Of a DNA stretch of 51,620 nucleotides, positions 12,140 through 25,537 are shown in pieces. Position 1 is the stretch's first letter. Each line of letters begins with the position of its first letter. The notes beneath the pieces were generated by a model. It was not told the DNA's origin. It made no database searches and saw nothing but the letters and a program-made list of their open reading frames with translations. The stretch is from Perkinsus chesapeaki ATCC PRA-425 (Eukaryota; Protista; Perkinsozoa). A program made the translations under genes and the position numbers. The stretch lies in assembly GCA_013115145.1 (NCBI GenBank), contig JAAPAO010000218.1, forward strand, positions 1-51,620. Direction: 5' to 3'.

Positions 12140-12905
12140 ATTCAAAAGATAAGCTGGCCAGTATTATTCAGCAAGAACGACAAGGAGAAGCCCGCGTAAA
12201 GTGCTCGCTTTGAGAAACGTAATAGAGAGTTATAAGGAAATGGCTACCTGAGCATCGTGTTGAGTCTCTAAACTGGAGTGCCAGAAAGAGCCTCACCCCC
12301 GGCTTGTTGGAGGCACAGAAACCCCTAACGTATGCGTGCAACTGCGAGGATCATATTGCTAATAGCAAACTGCTCAACTATTAAGGCCAGTGCAAATATT
12401 CTCAGCTTCCTACACTGACTAAGCTATATCGGAATCACAACACAGCTGATCTTACAGTAGTGCACATAAGATGATCTAGCTTGTGCTAATAGATACTCTA
12501 ATAAATACATATTATCTATTTCTCTACAATCATTATGGCTCTGCGCCTGCTGTCCCCATCACCGTGTATATCTTCTGGCGACCTCAGGACGCGGCACTGA
12601 CTTGGATTGACTACAAAGACCCTCGAGAGCGGTACCTCGTGCTCTGACTCTTTTTTATCCTCCTTAGAGGCGCGGTCTCCAGAAGCCCTGCATTATTTGA
12701 AGCAAACCGTCTACTACACAGGCGCGCTTCCCACTGCTTAGATTCTACTGTTAATCTCAAGACGAGCAATTCGTGTCGCAAGACTTGCCATAGGGCCTAT
12801 GGCATAGGCTGAGGCTCTAGCAATAACAGATTATCTGGGCTCATAACCTTTGTTCAAGCAATCTTCTCAGTGTCGTTACTTGGACATTACCTCAACCGTT
12901 TCGTT

Positions 12906-13325
12906 ATGCTCTCAAGCCTGATTATTGTGCTGCTCTACATGGGACTATGTTATGGAGAGTTCCTCGCCAAGGATAATGACCCACCCCGTCTTGGCTTCCC
13001 GCTAGCCAAGTCCTATACGCTGTATTACTCTCCAACTGGTGCCCCACGCATACAGAAATTGGACTTCATCAACTCTGGTACTGTAACCGTCACCTCGGTT
13101 GCCGGCAGGCTGCCCAAGGGCTCCTATACCTGTGGGTACACCGCAGATCAACACTCCGGTGCTCCACGTATCACAGTTGTGCTTGCCGAAGATTGCCGTG
13201 TCGTTGTGACCGATTCTGCTGGATACTATGACACCACCTTTCTAACTGGTATAACCATTACATCTGATTATCAAACTCTTTACATGCCTCTCTCGGGAGG
13301 AGGGGAAGACCAATATACTCAATAG
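12906..13325 (+). CDS. Intronless secreted protein, single copy of the same domain
   Basis: ATG 12906, signal-like MLSSLIIVLLYMGLCYG, clear paralog of 14187-14609 and 11339-12139. Confidence 0.85.
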   Translation: MLSSLIIVLLYMGLCYGEFLAKDNDPPRLGFPLAKSYTLYYSPTGAPRIQKLDFINSGTVTVTSVAGRLPKGSYTCGYTADQHSGAPRITVVLAEDCRVVVTDSAGYYDTTFLTGITITSDYQTLYMPLSGGGEDQYTQ

Positions 13326-13639
13326 CCGATCACATCGAGTTGCAGAGTTGAGGTCTAAGACCCTACTACATGGTCCAGTGCAATGACTATTCTATGTTCA
13401 TTCATTTACGGAGCGAAATCTGGTAAACCACTTGCTGCTCAGCTCCAAGCCAGTATTTAAGTTTTGAATGTCTAAATATCAACTTTGATTGTTAACGTGA
13501 TGCTTTGTCCATTATTCATTAGTGACCTGTGGGTGTACAGTTTCTTTCACCTGCTTAAAATGTTCCATGCCTATCGCATGTTCTTGTCGGAAAGTCTTGA
13601 TAGTTCTTTATGTGTATTGGTTCAACCTTTTGATCAACA

Positions 13640-13775
13640 TTATTCACAAGATGTTTAGTCGCTTTGCTGTTGTGTCTTGCGCTATTTGACGTAATCATTT
13701 ATGGTGGCCCTGATTCATTAATGTCTCTAAATGACTCGGGACGAGGTTTGCGTTTTAGGAAGCATTTAGAACACA
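13640..13775 (+). repeat. Diverged duplicated block, copy 1, downstream of the 12906 gene; possible pseudogene remnant
   Basis: tattcacaagatgtttagt...gacgtaatcatttatggtggccctgatt...aatgtctct... aligns by eye with 15004-15140. Confidence 0.6.
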
Positions 13776-14186
13776 CATTTGAGATTGTCTTTTGGCAGGA
13801 GCCAATCCTTTCAATCGAGCCAAGGTACTACACCCTTCTATACGGGAGCATCCGATTATCCCTTCAAGGGATTGCCATCAATGCTAAGCCCCAGAGGTCC
13901 GTCGGTTTCGACCAAATTCAATGCGGGAGAGAAATACTTGAACCAAAACAACTAGGTTTATTATGGCAGGCTCGATGACAGATGTGCTTCATAGACTCTA
14001 AATTTTGTAGGCGCTGTGCCTCAAACCTTTTTGCAATTATTCTGACCACTCTTGCCTGCTAACCAAAGTACCTCCGACGTGTTGGAGCTGTCGGTAGGAT
14101 TGATAGTCCTGGATTACACAGTTTAGAGCCACCGGAGACCACCTTTTTTCAGTGCTCTGCAGAACAACCATCTCGACTGTTCTTTA

Positions 14187-14609
14187 ATGTTCTCGACCCT
14201 AATCCCCGTCATACTGCACGTGGGACTATGTTGTGAAGAGCTCTTTGGCAAGGATGATGACTACCCTCGTCTGGGCTTTCCCTTTGCTAATTCTTATAAG
14301 GTCTATTTCTCTCCAACTGGTTACCCACGTATAGAGTGGCTGGACTTTACCTACCCTGGGAAGGTTACCATGGTCTCAGCTGCCGGAAGAATGCCGAAGG
14401 GTTGCTATACATGCGGTTATACTGCTGATCAACACTCCGGTGCTCCACGTATCACAGTTGTGCTTGCCGATGATTGCCGAGTCGTTGTGACCGATTCTGC
14501 TGGATACTACGACGCCAGCTTTCTGACTGGTATAACTATTACATCTGATTATCGTACGTTCTATATGCCTCTGTGGGGAGGAGGGGAAGATCAATACACT
14601 TCAGACTAA
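14187..14609 (+). CDS. Intronless secreted protein, single copy of the same domain
   Basis: ATG 14187, signal-like MFSTLIPVILHVGLCC, same motifs (GFPF, SPTG.PRI, CGYTADQHSGAPRITV, DSAGYYD, GITIT, GGGEDQY). Confidence 0.85.
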   Translation: MFSTLIPVILHVGLCCEELFGKDDDYPRLGFPFANSYKVYFSPTGYPRIEWLDFTYPGKVTMVSAAGRMPKGCYTCGYTADQHSGAPRITVVLADDCRVVVTDSAGYYDASFLTGITITSDYRTFYMPLWGGGEDQYTSD

Positions 14610-15003
14610 GCAATACTTGTGTCCACTGTTCTGCCATTAAAAATCTGACTAACCTTTTATGCATTATTCGTGATCCTAACGCGTGCGCGTAGTGTCCAAG
14701 ACACTGTGTCTCTCAGGTATAGTGTGAGCCGACTTATCTGATTGTTATAAGAAGGGACATGTCTTTGGCTACTACGTGGAACTTGAAGCCAGTACTCTTC
14801 GGTATTAGTGAAGTCGTGTCATTTCATTGGTGTCGTTTGTTGAAGGGACTCAACAGAAGCTCAACTTGATAGTTTGTAATATACGCACTCTCATCTCGCG
14901 TCCTTGTGCTCGGCGAGCCCATCAAGTCGATTCCGTCTTCTCCCTGCGTTCTTCTCAAAGCTCATAAATTTTGATGTGAATTGGTTTAGTCATTTGTCTA
15001 GCA

Positions 15004-15140
15004 TATTCGCAAGGCGTTTAGTAGGCTCGTCTTGGTGTATCTAAACTTGAGATTCTCAAGTTTGCGACGTAATCATTTGGTGACCCTGATTAAGCAATGT
15101 CTCTCAATAACTGGACGCGAGGCTTGAGTTCAGAAACCAT
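15004..15140 (+). repeat. Diverged duplicated block, copy 2, downstream of the 14187 gene; contains indels and a stop relative to copy 1
   Basis: tattcgcaaggcgtttagt...gacgtaatcatttggtgaccctgatt...aatgtctct... matches 13640-13775. Confidence 0.6.
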
Positions 15141-16714
15141 CGGAATTCCGGATTCTAAAATACGCTTCTCAGAAGCGGCTTCTAAGATGTCCTTACAATA
15201 ACTCCAAACGCGATGTTCGGATCATGTCCGGACTTCGCAGGAGTTCAAAGGAATGCCAATGGAATGAATCGCACAATATAAGTTATATTGATATACTATA
15301 TACCTGATCTCGGAATACACAAACCACTTAACTCAAGACACACGTGGCGCTACAAGGCTTATCCGATATCCTTCATTGCAGCCTAATGATCGTGAGGCAT
15401 TTGGAGTTTTCTACACATTGTGAGCACATCCATCTGCAATGGGGTTAACCGGTTGAAGAAGCCCGACGTTAGTTGGTGAGCCAGGTGGCCGAGTAATGAA
15501 ATTGGGAATTCGCGTTAGTTCTCCTCGAAAAGCTCCTGCATTACGACGGAACGATAATAAAATACTAACTATAATACGGCTCTAGGTCGAAGGCCCTACC
15601 CGACGGTATTCCTATGCTAAACTTCACTAGGACGAGGAATTTATATTAGCGGAATATTCTTAGGTTAGTTATCCATCATACGTCATTCCTATTAATCAGC
15701 ATAAAAGGTCCAAGCTGTAGCCAGACCATGACACAAAGAATTGAACCACCCAAACAATGTAGGTCGATTGTGGCTGAGTGACACATCTACAAACGCCACA
15801 CGTTGTGTGCGTGGGTTTAGTCTAGCTCCGAATATGGCTTAATAAGACTACCCAATGGGTAGTACCCATTCTACGTGCAACTGCCGCGAGGGTTCAATAG
15901 TATAAAGTTGATGGATATGCTGCCCATTATCGCTTTATGGCTCGCCAAATAGATAATATAATTAGCGGCAAGCGATAATGCTGTTCCTAGCAGAATTCAC
16001 ATACACAATCAAGGGCATGTATACACCTACCGAAACGCAATAGATTTCAAGGTGGGACACTGCAAGCTTCATCGGTAGAGCTCGAAGTATTCATCCATAT
16101 CGCGGAACCAAGCCAAAACACTAATCGGCAATTGGGATCTCCAGCAATTAGTGTTCAAGGTTTAATCTCTCGCAAATGTTGGGGACCGCTGCACATCGAC
16201 TCAAACAAATTGTTATCTGCCCGAGAGTTCCATTAGCGACCACAGAAGAAGGCCGATAACGTGACCGATCCAGCTGCTTGTAATCGAGCATTATGATGCT
16301 ACGTACTTGATATTATATATTATATAATATATCATCCTCCACTCCACAGTAGCCACATTTAATATCATGAGCCGCATTGTGCGGTGCCACTGTGGCGCCG
16401 GGGACGGCGCGCCGCAAAAATTATACCGGCCCGAACTTTTCATCATTTGTAAACTTTTTTTGTAATCTACAGAGCATATTTCGTATATCTCACCTATGAT
16501 TGTGCATAATATGGAGAAAACGTTGCGGTTTTTCAAATGCGGCACTTAAGTCGCCACATTTTGTGCGGGGGATGGCGCCGTCCTGGCAGGCTTTTCCGAC
16601 ATGAATCGTGAGGGCGCTCATGAGCAAGCATAGGCCTCGCGACCTCGTCTTAAACTTTTGGCGAAGCCGGAAACAGAACACCAAGAAGCTTCTATTGCTA
16701 TCCCCATTTCGGCA

Positions 16715-18709
16715 ATGTTATCTTCTCTCGTTGTCTTCTTTGTAACTTCTCTGCTTTGGGAGTTTGTTCTACGCCGCCCACTGGATACCTTGCCGGAAGC
16801 TAAGATCGAGCCTTCACCAAATGGCAAGCTCAATTTACGTGAGTGTCCGATAGGCCACGGAAATATCTGTACCCCAAATATGTGTCTGTTGTCGGTCGGA
16901 AGGACTAACGAAAACTCTGAAGTGTAGACTTGGTCACCTATAGGATCTCAAGCGTCAAGCAATTCTTGGATAATCCTCGTGCGTCGCAGTGTGCCGCCCG
17001 CAGAATTGGCCGGAATATACTTTTGGTACCCGTTTTGTTTAAATATGAGATATCTAAACGACCGCCGCTTCTCTGATAGGTACGCTTTGGGTCTTCTCAC
17101 GTCCTTATACCATCAAGGCTACTGTTCTGGTTATAAGCATCCAGTATCCTCTTATGTACGTTTATTCTGGGATGAAGCAGTCCAACTTTTCAGGGTGAGA
17201 AGAGTGGGCGGTGGGCCATTGTTCGGCTCCTGTGACAGGTTTCTGCGAATCCTGTCATCAGCGGTGCTAGCAAATATCTTCATTGTTGCCGTCAATCAGC
17301 TGACTGATGTTGAGTGCGACAAAGCGAACGGCAAGCCGCTCGCTATTGCGTCAGGTAAAGAAATTCGACTTGCTACCCGGAGAATAGTTTCGTGGACAGC
17401 ATCTGTGCTTCAGGAGCCATGAAGTTCAGTCAAGCAAGACTGGCGACGGGACTGTCCCTCTGCTTAGCTATTGCCGTGTCATTCGCTGAATCTAATGTAT
17501 GGTTCTTCACCGTTATCGGTCTATGCTTCTTGGGTTACGTATACTCTGTTCCGCCGCTGAGACTGAAGCGCCATCCTGTGACGGCTACTCTATGCATAGT
17601 AAGTAGTCTTTAACGAGCTAACTACATAAGTATGATGTTTATGAAACGTAGGTATTGGCTCGTGCAATATTGCTCGTCATAGGACTCGCCCATGCTTGTT
17701 GTGCAGCTTTTGACATCACGCTGGACGCGGGAACCAATAGGCAAATGTAGGCCGAGCAAAGTATTCGAACCAACTTAGTCTAATACTGAGCAGACTGACG
17801 ATCTTTTACTGTTGTTGCAAATCAAGCCTCCTGACGCTCTTTGGCCGATACCTTGATAGAACGAAGAGTGCCAAAGTCTCAGGTTCACTTTCAGTGGCAT
17901 ACTGAGTGTCTTTTCGATAACAGTGTCTATCATGAAAGATATACCTGATATAAAAGGAGACGCTGATGACGAAATAAGCTCCTTAGCGGTAGGTCACCAG
18001 TACTACACTGCACTACCTCCTGCTGCACGATCACCATGCCATGGTGTTAATCTGGGAGAATTCTCGTTGATTCAGAATTGTAAAGGAATTAAAGCGGTTG
18101 GTGTTTGCGCTGCTCAGATTCGATGGGGCGCCTACAGGACGTCACGATTCTGTCTATGTATCCTGACCATCTCTTATATAGCAGTGATTTGCTTTATTGC
18201 TGATGATACCTCTACTAGCATTCTACATGCTATTGGCTGTGTTTATATGTGGGGGTGAGGCTCTGGTGGAGATCCACCCTGGTGTGTTATAGCTGCTTGT
18301 AGGCACTGGTATATCTTTAATACTCCTGATGATGACAGTGATGAAGTTGTCGACATGGGGATGGACATCTACCTTAACACATTATGGCCTTTGGTCTATT
18401 ATGAGTTTGTTGCGTAAGCCTGCTATGTCGCGTAGTAACAATCCGAAGATACTCAGATATTATCTCCCGATCGCCCTGGAATCTCTTGGTCTCCCACCGC
18501 TACCGACATGGTTTCTACTGGCCCTCTTATTGGTGGTGTCGGTAAGGTCCCTTTGCGACTCAGTGTGATGAGATACTTCGATTCAGCTAAACTCGGCTGT
18601 TGCTATAATGAAGAACGCTCGGAAGGAGAAGTATCGTAGAGCTTCGAGGGCTCCCGAGACTTCAAACATTAAGGCTGGTGAGGCCAAGGCCCAATGTCAA
18701 CAATCATGA
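16715..18709 (+). CDS. Second homogentisate prenyltransferase paralog, lacking the polyprenyl-synthase-like domain
   Basis: Leader MLSSLVVFFVTSLLWEFVLRRPLDTLP; motifs FSRPYTIKA, NQLTDVECDKANGKPLAIASG, YSVPPLRLKRHP and IMKDIPDIKGD. Exon layout parallels 6507-8990 and the frame stops after ...IKAGEAKAQCQQS* (TGA 18707-18709). Confidence 0.85.
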
Positions 18710-19564
18710 ACAAAACATGTTTCCTGAGGCAACCTTTGAGAGAACGAATATTAAGTGCCCGTGTGTCGTGGCTACTGGACCTTTTCTATATTTCATCAAA
18801 GTAGTATTATACTACTCGTGTATCTCCTAGAAGAAAATGGGTCGCCCTGGAAAATCTGACCGGAGGATAATCGGCTTATGCCATTTTTGACACTGTTGGA
18901 TGCTTTTACATGGTCTCTCTAAAAAGCCGGGTAATCGTAAACAATATAGAAGCTTCCAAAACTGTTTTATTCGATTCGGTCTTGAGTTACGTCACAGTGG
19001 CGCTAGTAGTCGTTACAACAGTTCCGCAGACCACCAGTTACCCACTTTGACCGCAGCCTTCCTTACGAGCCCTTTTGACTTCTACGTATACAGTTCAACA
19101 GAGTGTAGAGCTTAAGTACTATACACTGTCGATGCATCCTAACTACTGCAGCTCGATTACGTCAGGCTAACATTGTCAACGGCTGTTGCCGCCATCCCTC
19201 GTCGATGCGGTGAGAGTGGTAAGGAACAATAGGCAAGCTTAGGAGGACAAACATACGTCATTGTCGTACCAAACTGCCGCTGCGCTTGGTTCTTTCCAAT
19301 TGGCTGCAAGGTGACTCCTCGCATCCAGTGTATACTCAATTATCCCCCACAGAACTGAACGATATCACATTCGACGTCATTAAAATGATCTGCTGCCTAC
19401 CAATAGCTACCAGCCCCTGCAGCAATCAGTTCACATACAGCGCAGTCCACCTCTGTCTGAGCTCAATCGACTCTTGATGCAAATCTCGCCCGCCATGATA
19501 ATCGATATTAGAATAGCGGAGGGTTCGCTCGCAGAAATCCTCTCTGACAGACCCACTTCCTAAA

Positions 19565-20052
19565 ATGGCCAGACGCACTAAGAAGGTTGGTATCTCCGGC
19601 AAGTACGGTACCCGTTACGGCGCTTCCCTGCGTAAGCTCGTGAAGAAGTTCGAGGCTCAGTCCAAGGCCAAGTACACTTGCCCTTTCTGCGGAAAGGATT
19701 CCGTCAAGCGTCAGGTAATCAGCAGGGCGGCCGATCTGCTTTACTTCTAGTGTCCTTCTTGTTATAATTGCATTTATGTTAAATACACTCCTATTCGTAC
19801 CATGGTCTACTGTCATTGGGTTGCTATTATTTCCCCTTTTTCAGGCCGGTGGTATCTGGTCTTGCCGTTCCTGCAAGAAGACCATGGCTGGCGGTTGCTG
19901 GCAGCTCACTACCGCTGCTGCGGCCACTGTCCGGTAATCAGGGTCCCGCGTGACGGCTTCGATTAAGGTCGTTATTTCGTCCTTCATCATTTTCCTTTTC
20001 TTTTAGTGCGTCCATGCAGCGTCTCCGCAAGCTCCAAGTCGCTGAGATATAA
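19565..20052 (+). CDS. RPL37A: 60S ribosomal protein L37a (eL43), 3 exons
   Basis: [50 protein letters not shown]|[30 protein letters not shown]|[14 protein letters not shown]. Confidence 0.97.
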
Positions 20053-20241
20053 ACCGCTGACGGCTTATAACGGAAGGGTCTCTGGCTGAAATCCTGGCTT
20101 TCGGTTGCGTTCAATACTGTTGCGTGGGAGTGGGGGGCTTTCTTCAATGTTCTCGAACAGTTTCAGTAGCTCGCGGAGCTCCCTGTGTATCCAGTTGTCA
20201 CTTTGTAAACTCAACAAGTTACTGAGACACGGCAAATCTTA

Positions 20242-22031
20242 TTATTCATCATCCCATGAATTGATTCCCTGCAAAAGATGAGCCAATTCTGGACATGTGT
20301 GGCTTCTCTCGAACCCACCAGGATTCTTAGATTCTCCTGGTTTGTCGGGTGCAGATAAGTCTGCAGTAGAGTGTGGCTGACTACACCAATACGAAGGTCC
20401 ATCTGAAAGCATATTCTTGCTTAACCCATAGGAGCATTTGAGGCACCTGTCTCATTTCGGCCTTCATCTGTTTGATAGTGTCCTTCAGCTTCACCAAAGG
20501 CTGTGTGTCCGTAACCTTGCTCGACCTCTCTTCCATCTCGTTCTTATTCTGCGGTCACCTTCCGTTCAGCTGGTGGTCATCGGCGGATCTCACCTGCTCA
20601 ATGGCGTCGGTAATTGACTTAAGCTCCTTCTGCAAGGTCATCACAGCATCGTTGAGCTCGTTGTATCTGCCACCACTTCCTGCTCCTATCAACGTTCGAA
20701 TTACTCCCTCGTTTTCTCTTCATGGGCAGCAGCCATTTCACGATAGCTTTCCGCCTTGCTGTCGAACAGTCGACCGATAAGCTCCTCCTTTTCTGAGATT
20801 TCCCTCAAGCTCTTGTCCAGATCAGCAGCCAGCTTCCCCAGCTGCGCCTTCACCGTAGGGAACTGCTTCTTGAACACGTCATGGTACCTGAAAGAGCTTG
20901 CGGTGTTTCATATCGCGGCGATGAGAGCCTCTCACTGCTGCGTCTGCACGAGATGGGAGCGCCACTCTCGATCGGCACCGGCGGCAGCAGTGTTGATTTT
21001 CTGAAGTTTGTAGTTGACCTGAATCAGTGGAAATTTGCCAAGGGTTCGAAAAGAATGCCTTACCCTTTCGCACTCTATGCGCCAATCCTCTGGTTTCACC
21101 TGAAACAACATTTACGGCTCTGATTCTAGACAGCCCTACAGTGCTGCGAACGATCTGCTTGTCATCGGGAAGGCCGGCGGAGGAGTCTCCACGAAAGATA
21201 CCAGGCTTCGAAGCCGATGACAGGACACCGTAGCTGAGAGAGACTATTAAGAGGCAAGAATGGGAAAGATCAAACCCGTCAGGGTAGTCCTCGCCGTTCG
21301 AGATAGCATCATCCACTTCTTCCTCGAGCTCGTCGCCTTATAAAAGACAAAGGCTTACACAGAAACATATCGCGTACCGATGCCGTTGTCGAAGTCAGTG
21401 AGGGGCTCCTGGCCTTGGTCGAGGACATTGAAATCTGGGTCACCGAATCGGAAACCACTTTTCTCCAGCACTTTGTTGCAGAGGCCATGAAGGACCTGAT
21501 CTCAGCTGTTGTTCTATTAGACAGTAGATGGTCGGGCTTACCAGCGCTGCGGTGTCACCGTAGCCGGTTTTAATGCGTTGTGGTGGGAAGTCGGCCGGTA
21601 GCGCAACTTCCTTGAGGGCCACTAGGATGCTGGTGCAGATGGTGTGCGGGTCGTCATACCTAATTCAGCGATGATTAGCATTCAACAATAATACGGAAAG
21701 TTTCATCCTGCTAGAGGTTGAGAAGGAGAGCTCACTCGTCCCAAGTAGGCCGCTTCTTCATGGAAGAGAGTAACCAGGCAACAAGTTTAGTAAAGTAAGC
21801 GAACTGGAGTGCAGCGTTCCCAGTCGGGCCGCAGAAGTATATCCTGACCTTCAATACGTAACTCCACGTTATGAAACGAACATACGGATGGACTGGGGGA
21901 GTGTCCTTGTCGCAGAAGTTCGCCTCATAATCCAAGAGATTGAGCATGTCTACAACGTCCGAGGCCAGTGAGAAGCATTCGCCCTGACTTGGATCACTCG
22001 TCAGCGATTCCACAGTGGGTGCCCACCCCAT
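20242..22031 (-). CDS. IFT57: Intraflagellar transport protein 57; start codon uncertain (about 22031-22065)
   Basis: VVDMLNLLDYEANF, QFAYFTKLVAWLL, DE|YDDPHTICTSILVALKEVALPADFPPQRIKTGYG, a long coiled coil, and C-terminal MDLRIGVVSHTLLQ. Confidence 0.9.
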
Positions 22032-22232
22032 GTGTGCCAGCTGGACGACTACCTGTCTCGGACATAATAAGGTTCGTCTTGGCAGGAACCGCTTTAACAC
22101 TTGACAACGCGACAGAGAGACTACAAAGAAGTGTAAAAGAAAAGGTTCAACAAGGGCCTCGGCTGTTGCCCAGTCGTTAACAAAAACTCTCTGGTGTTCC
22201 ACGAAATATTCAACGATAATTGAGAGCAACTT

Positions 22233-23429
<1,197 letters not shown>

Positions 23430-24322
23430 TTCAGACTGGAAGACCAACGATTTGGCAGCGAAGACATACGGCGATTATACCTGAGTAAAACCGTTTGATC
23501 GGAATAACTCTCACGCTACAAAACGGCGGTGTCAGCAGTCTCTAGCTGATTGACTTAATAGGCTTTCGCTTTGAAGTCATTAGTGCCGCTCAAGTGTCTG
23601 CTTTATCGCTATAATTACTCACTCTTCACTAGCCAGCATTGATCTCTATACCAGTAACATCTTTCGAGCGCTGATCGATTCCACCGGGCGATTGCTCCGC
23701 CGTACTGGTTTGCCTTTTCCGTACAGTATCGTGCGTCTCTATTATTCCAGCCTCTATTATAGGTGTATCGAGGTCTATGTGGCATCTGTATAATAACAAG
23801 GGCCCTCCAGTAAGTAGTAGAATGGGGGAGAGGTATGGCAGTGGGTGTTGTTTGGTTGAAAGGCTATGTTGGGTATCGGCAGGCTTGCCGCTCGGAACGG
23901 TCGCTGATTCGGTGCCACCTTGGCTTCTTAGTAATACCTTAGTAGTCGTAGTGTGGATGGGCTTGCTCTAGTTATGAAGGGCTGGTCTGTATTTTTCTAG
24001 CAATCTTCCAAGCGGCTTTCTACGTTTTATTTTTGAGGTTATGAAGGGCTTTTTACATTCTATTGTTATTTTTTAGAGGGCGTTGTCAGTCTTTCAAAAG
24101 AATAATCTATATCCTGTCATAGATCATCCTATCGTTTTTTAATGAAGATCTTTCTACCATAGTAGATTTGTTGTCTACCATGACCTGTCACCGTATATAC
24201 TCTTCAATCGGGTTCTTTGTTGTTATTACCAATCACTCCAAGATGGTGTATCTGGTGGCCTTCACTCCCCGCGTCGCTAAGCTACAATTAATTACATGTT
24301 TTGTCAGTTGAACTTTTATTCA

Positions 24323-24974
24323 ATGCTTAGCAGTCTCTCCCGTACCGCTGCCTTCCCGACACTGCGGCGGTCCTTCCTTCCCCTAGTCAGACGCATCCGG
24401 CCCTTCTCAAGTAGCGCAGGTGTTTCGGCACCTTTATCCAGCGATGGTATCAGGTTTGGTATTTACCCGAGACCACGAGTGGATCTCCACCAACGACGAT
24501 CACGTTGCCACTATTGGCGTTAGCGACTTCGCTCAAGACGAGATCGGGGAGTTAGTGTAAGTTCCGTGGCTGCATAGGTTGTTCAATTGTGGTTCCTTTA
24601 GTTACGTAGATTTGCCGTCAGTCGGCTCGGTGTTCAACAAAGACGAAGTGCTTTGCACTTTAGAGAGCGTGAAGGCGGTCGAAGAGGTGTAGGCACCTTC
24701 GCTTTGGGACAACTGTATTTGTCCGTTAGGCTTTGTCCGCTTGACTCTGGCACAGTCGTGGAGACTAACATGGAGGTTGAGGAGACACCGGATCTGGTTA
24801 ATGCCGATCCAGAGCACGATGGCTGGCTCTTGAAGATGCAATACCAGTAAGAAACCCCTTCACGCTTGATAATTGCTATGGTGTGTTTTCAGCGGCTCGA
24901 TTGAGCCAGACGGAAAGAACTACTTCACTGGAGACGAGTATCACAAAGCGCACGAAGTTGGTGACGCCCAGTAA
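24323..24974 (+). CDS. GCSH: Glycine cleavage system H protein with N-terminal mitochondrial-type presequence
   Basis: Arg/Ser-rich MLSSLSRTAAFPTLRRSF; DHEWI, TIGVSDFAQDEIGELV|YVDLP, lipoyl site LESVKA, VNADPEHDGWLLKM; stop 24972-24974. Confidence 0.95.
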
Positions 24975-25537
24975 GATCTGATTTGACGATCGAAACAATC
25001 TCGAGGCCAGAACTGTTCAAAACCACAATTAACTAGTTCGTGTTTCTTCCCTTATTGTCGATAGTGCAAAAAAATATCAAATCGCGCCACCCACATTGGT
25101 GGAGTGGCGTACTAATTGTTGAGTTGTCCATAAAAGTGGAAGGCTAGAGGAATAACGGAGACATCAATGAAACGCTAGCCGAGCACGAAGGCGCGAGCCT
25201 GGTATGTAGACTTTGTCGCCACTAGCCTCGGGCACACAAAAGCATATCCAACTGTCCCGATGATTGTGATGCACGCATGCGCACGAGGGTGTCACGAAAA
25301 TGAAGTGAATAACTCGGAGCTTTTTGAGATAGAAGATGATATTAAGTGGTTCAATTGAGGGTTATTCATGCTATAAATGAGTAGAAACGGTTTTATGAAA
25401 CGGCTCGTCTAAAGGTCGATATCCTGCAAGATATGTGGTTATCGATTATTAGGGCGTAGCGAGATTATGTTTAGCGTTTCAAATTCATGGAAGCTGCGTG
25501 CTGCCCCGAGCACGGCCCCCGAAGAATTCAACCGACG

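Noticed and set aside
15400-15900. Possible fourth, decayed copy of the secreted family on the minus strand (EFP...SPT-like fragments; cgtgcaactgc motif shared with 12335)
   Set aside because: The similarity is too short and spread over several frames to support without alignment statistics.
23971-24050. 13 bp direct repeat gttatgaagggct in the UBC-GCSH divergent intergenic region
   Set aside because: Only two short copies; could be a promoter element but cannot be distinguished from chance.
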